Assembly: GCA_051313645.2 (NCBI GenBank)
Contig: JBNRSN020000015.1
Location: 3,906,001 to 3,970,000 of the forward strand
DNA: 64,000 bases
From: Centroscyllium fabricii
Lineage: Eukaryota
Reading direction: 5' to 3'
This document shows positions 63,175 to 64,000 of this stretch, piece by piece (position 1 is the stretch's first letter; the number at the start of each line of letters is the position of its first letter). The notes beneath the pieces are model-generated. The model saw nothing but the letters and a program-made list of their open reading frames with translations. It did no database searches and was not told where the DNA came from. Position numbers and translations under genes: made by a program.

Positions 63175-64000
63175 CTGTAAGCAAACGCAATGGAAATGAG
63201 GATTTAGGCATCTAATAGCAATTGTTCATTCAGAAATTATAGATGTGGACAACTGTATCTCATATATTGACATTTAAGCAATAAGAACATGGCTCTATGG
63301 TTAAATTTAAGAATGATGCACCTCCAGCAAATGGTGAGTGCATGGAAATTACTACTGACGATATTGGCAGCTAAACGTTTCATCCTCTCATATCACATTC
63401 TTAAATCTGTTATTTTAATGCTGCTGTTAATTTGTTTGATTGGGTTTGTGCTTGTTTTACAAATGCAGACAGAACACCGTCTGAAGAGGTTATAAGTATT
63501 CACCCGCTTGTATTGTCAGCAATGATATGAAACCATGAAGTGTTGAATTTGATTTGGGTGCCTCAGATGTCTTCACCAGGCAAGTTTCTAACCTGACCTG
63601 TGATGAAACGGGCCCTCTTCAAATTACACACAATACTGTGGATTGCCATTAAAATCAGTAGATCAACACTTTTATGCATCTCAAACACGGCTTGAAAATG
63701 TGAGATGTCAAAACTACACAGAAGGTGACTGACAGACTGGGTAAAAGGGTGAGGTCCATGAAAACAAAACATAAAAATGAGCAAAACACAGAAAATCAGG
63801 GGGAGACTGAAACTGCTGTCATCCTTCTAGAGCCAGGAACATTATTCTGCCCAGAGGAACACATGGAGATGTTGGACGTCGCAACAAACCACAGATGCTT
63901 GTGTGAGTGAATGAAGCAGATGAAAGGGCTGGAAATGCTCAGTGGTTGTAAAGTCATCAAATTCAGAGAATCTATTTTGAATAGGAGCTAATTTTTTTGC

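Larger units (their letters stand above)
1..64000. repeat. Tandem macro-repeat array of exon+intron units (1530-1544 bp; 2387-2389 bp with CR1-A; 1917 bp with CR1-B)
   Basis: Same ORF set recurs at spacings of 1530, 2389, 1544, 1532, 2389, 1544 and so on across the whole window; no unique sequence seen. Confidence 0.98.
26420..64000. repeat. Higher-order tandem duplication, period 19,662 bp (12 units)
   Basis: ORF coordinates from 26688 to ~44300 recur at +19,662 (26688/46350, 36683/56345, 42096/61758, 43286/62948), including rare markers. Left boundary is approximate. Confidence 0.93.

Noticed and set aside
1-64000. CRISPR array, prokaryotic system, or antigen-receptor/Dscam-like diversity cassette array
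   Set aside because: No short repeat-unique spacer structure and no recognisable recombination signal sequences. The exons are near-identical rather than diversified, which fits a structural repeat protein.

Overview
Vertebrate genomic DNA, most likely a cartilaginous fish (inferred from the CR1/HER1-type LINE fragments). The whole window is one tandem array of ~1.53-1.54 kb units. Each unit holds a single 219-nt exon on the minus strand with canonical TTACAG| and |GTAAGT sites and phase 1 at both ends. The 37 exons splice into an uninterrupted 8,103-nt (2,701-aa) frame of 73-aa repeats. Each repeat is a 6-Cys module (CxC-x22-C-x4-C-x3-C-x8-C, split across the intron) followed by a ~29-aa Thr/Ser/Pro linker. 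The module resembles the normally single-copy Cys domain that follows the PTS region in gel-forming mucins MUC2/MUC5AC/MUC5B (recalled from memory, not searched). This is the interior of a very large gel-forming-mucin-like gene built by exon+intron amplification; neither start nor stop lies in the window. The introns record the array's history: a sense 850-bp CR1 fragment in 7 units, an antisense 381-bp CR1 fragment in 2 units, a 32-bp microinversion in 2 units, chimeric units, and nested higher-order repeats (5,465, 7,685 and 19,662 bp). Almost all other listed ORFs are intronic or antisense shadows.
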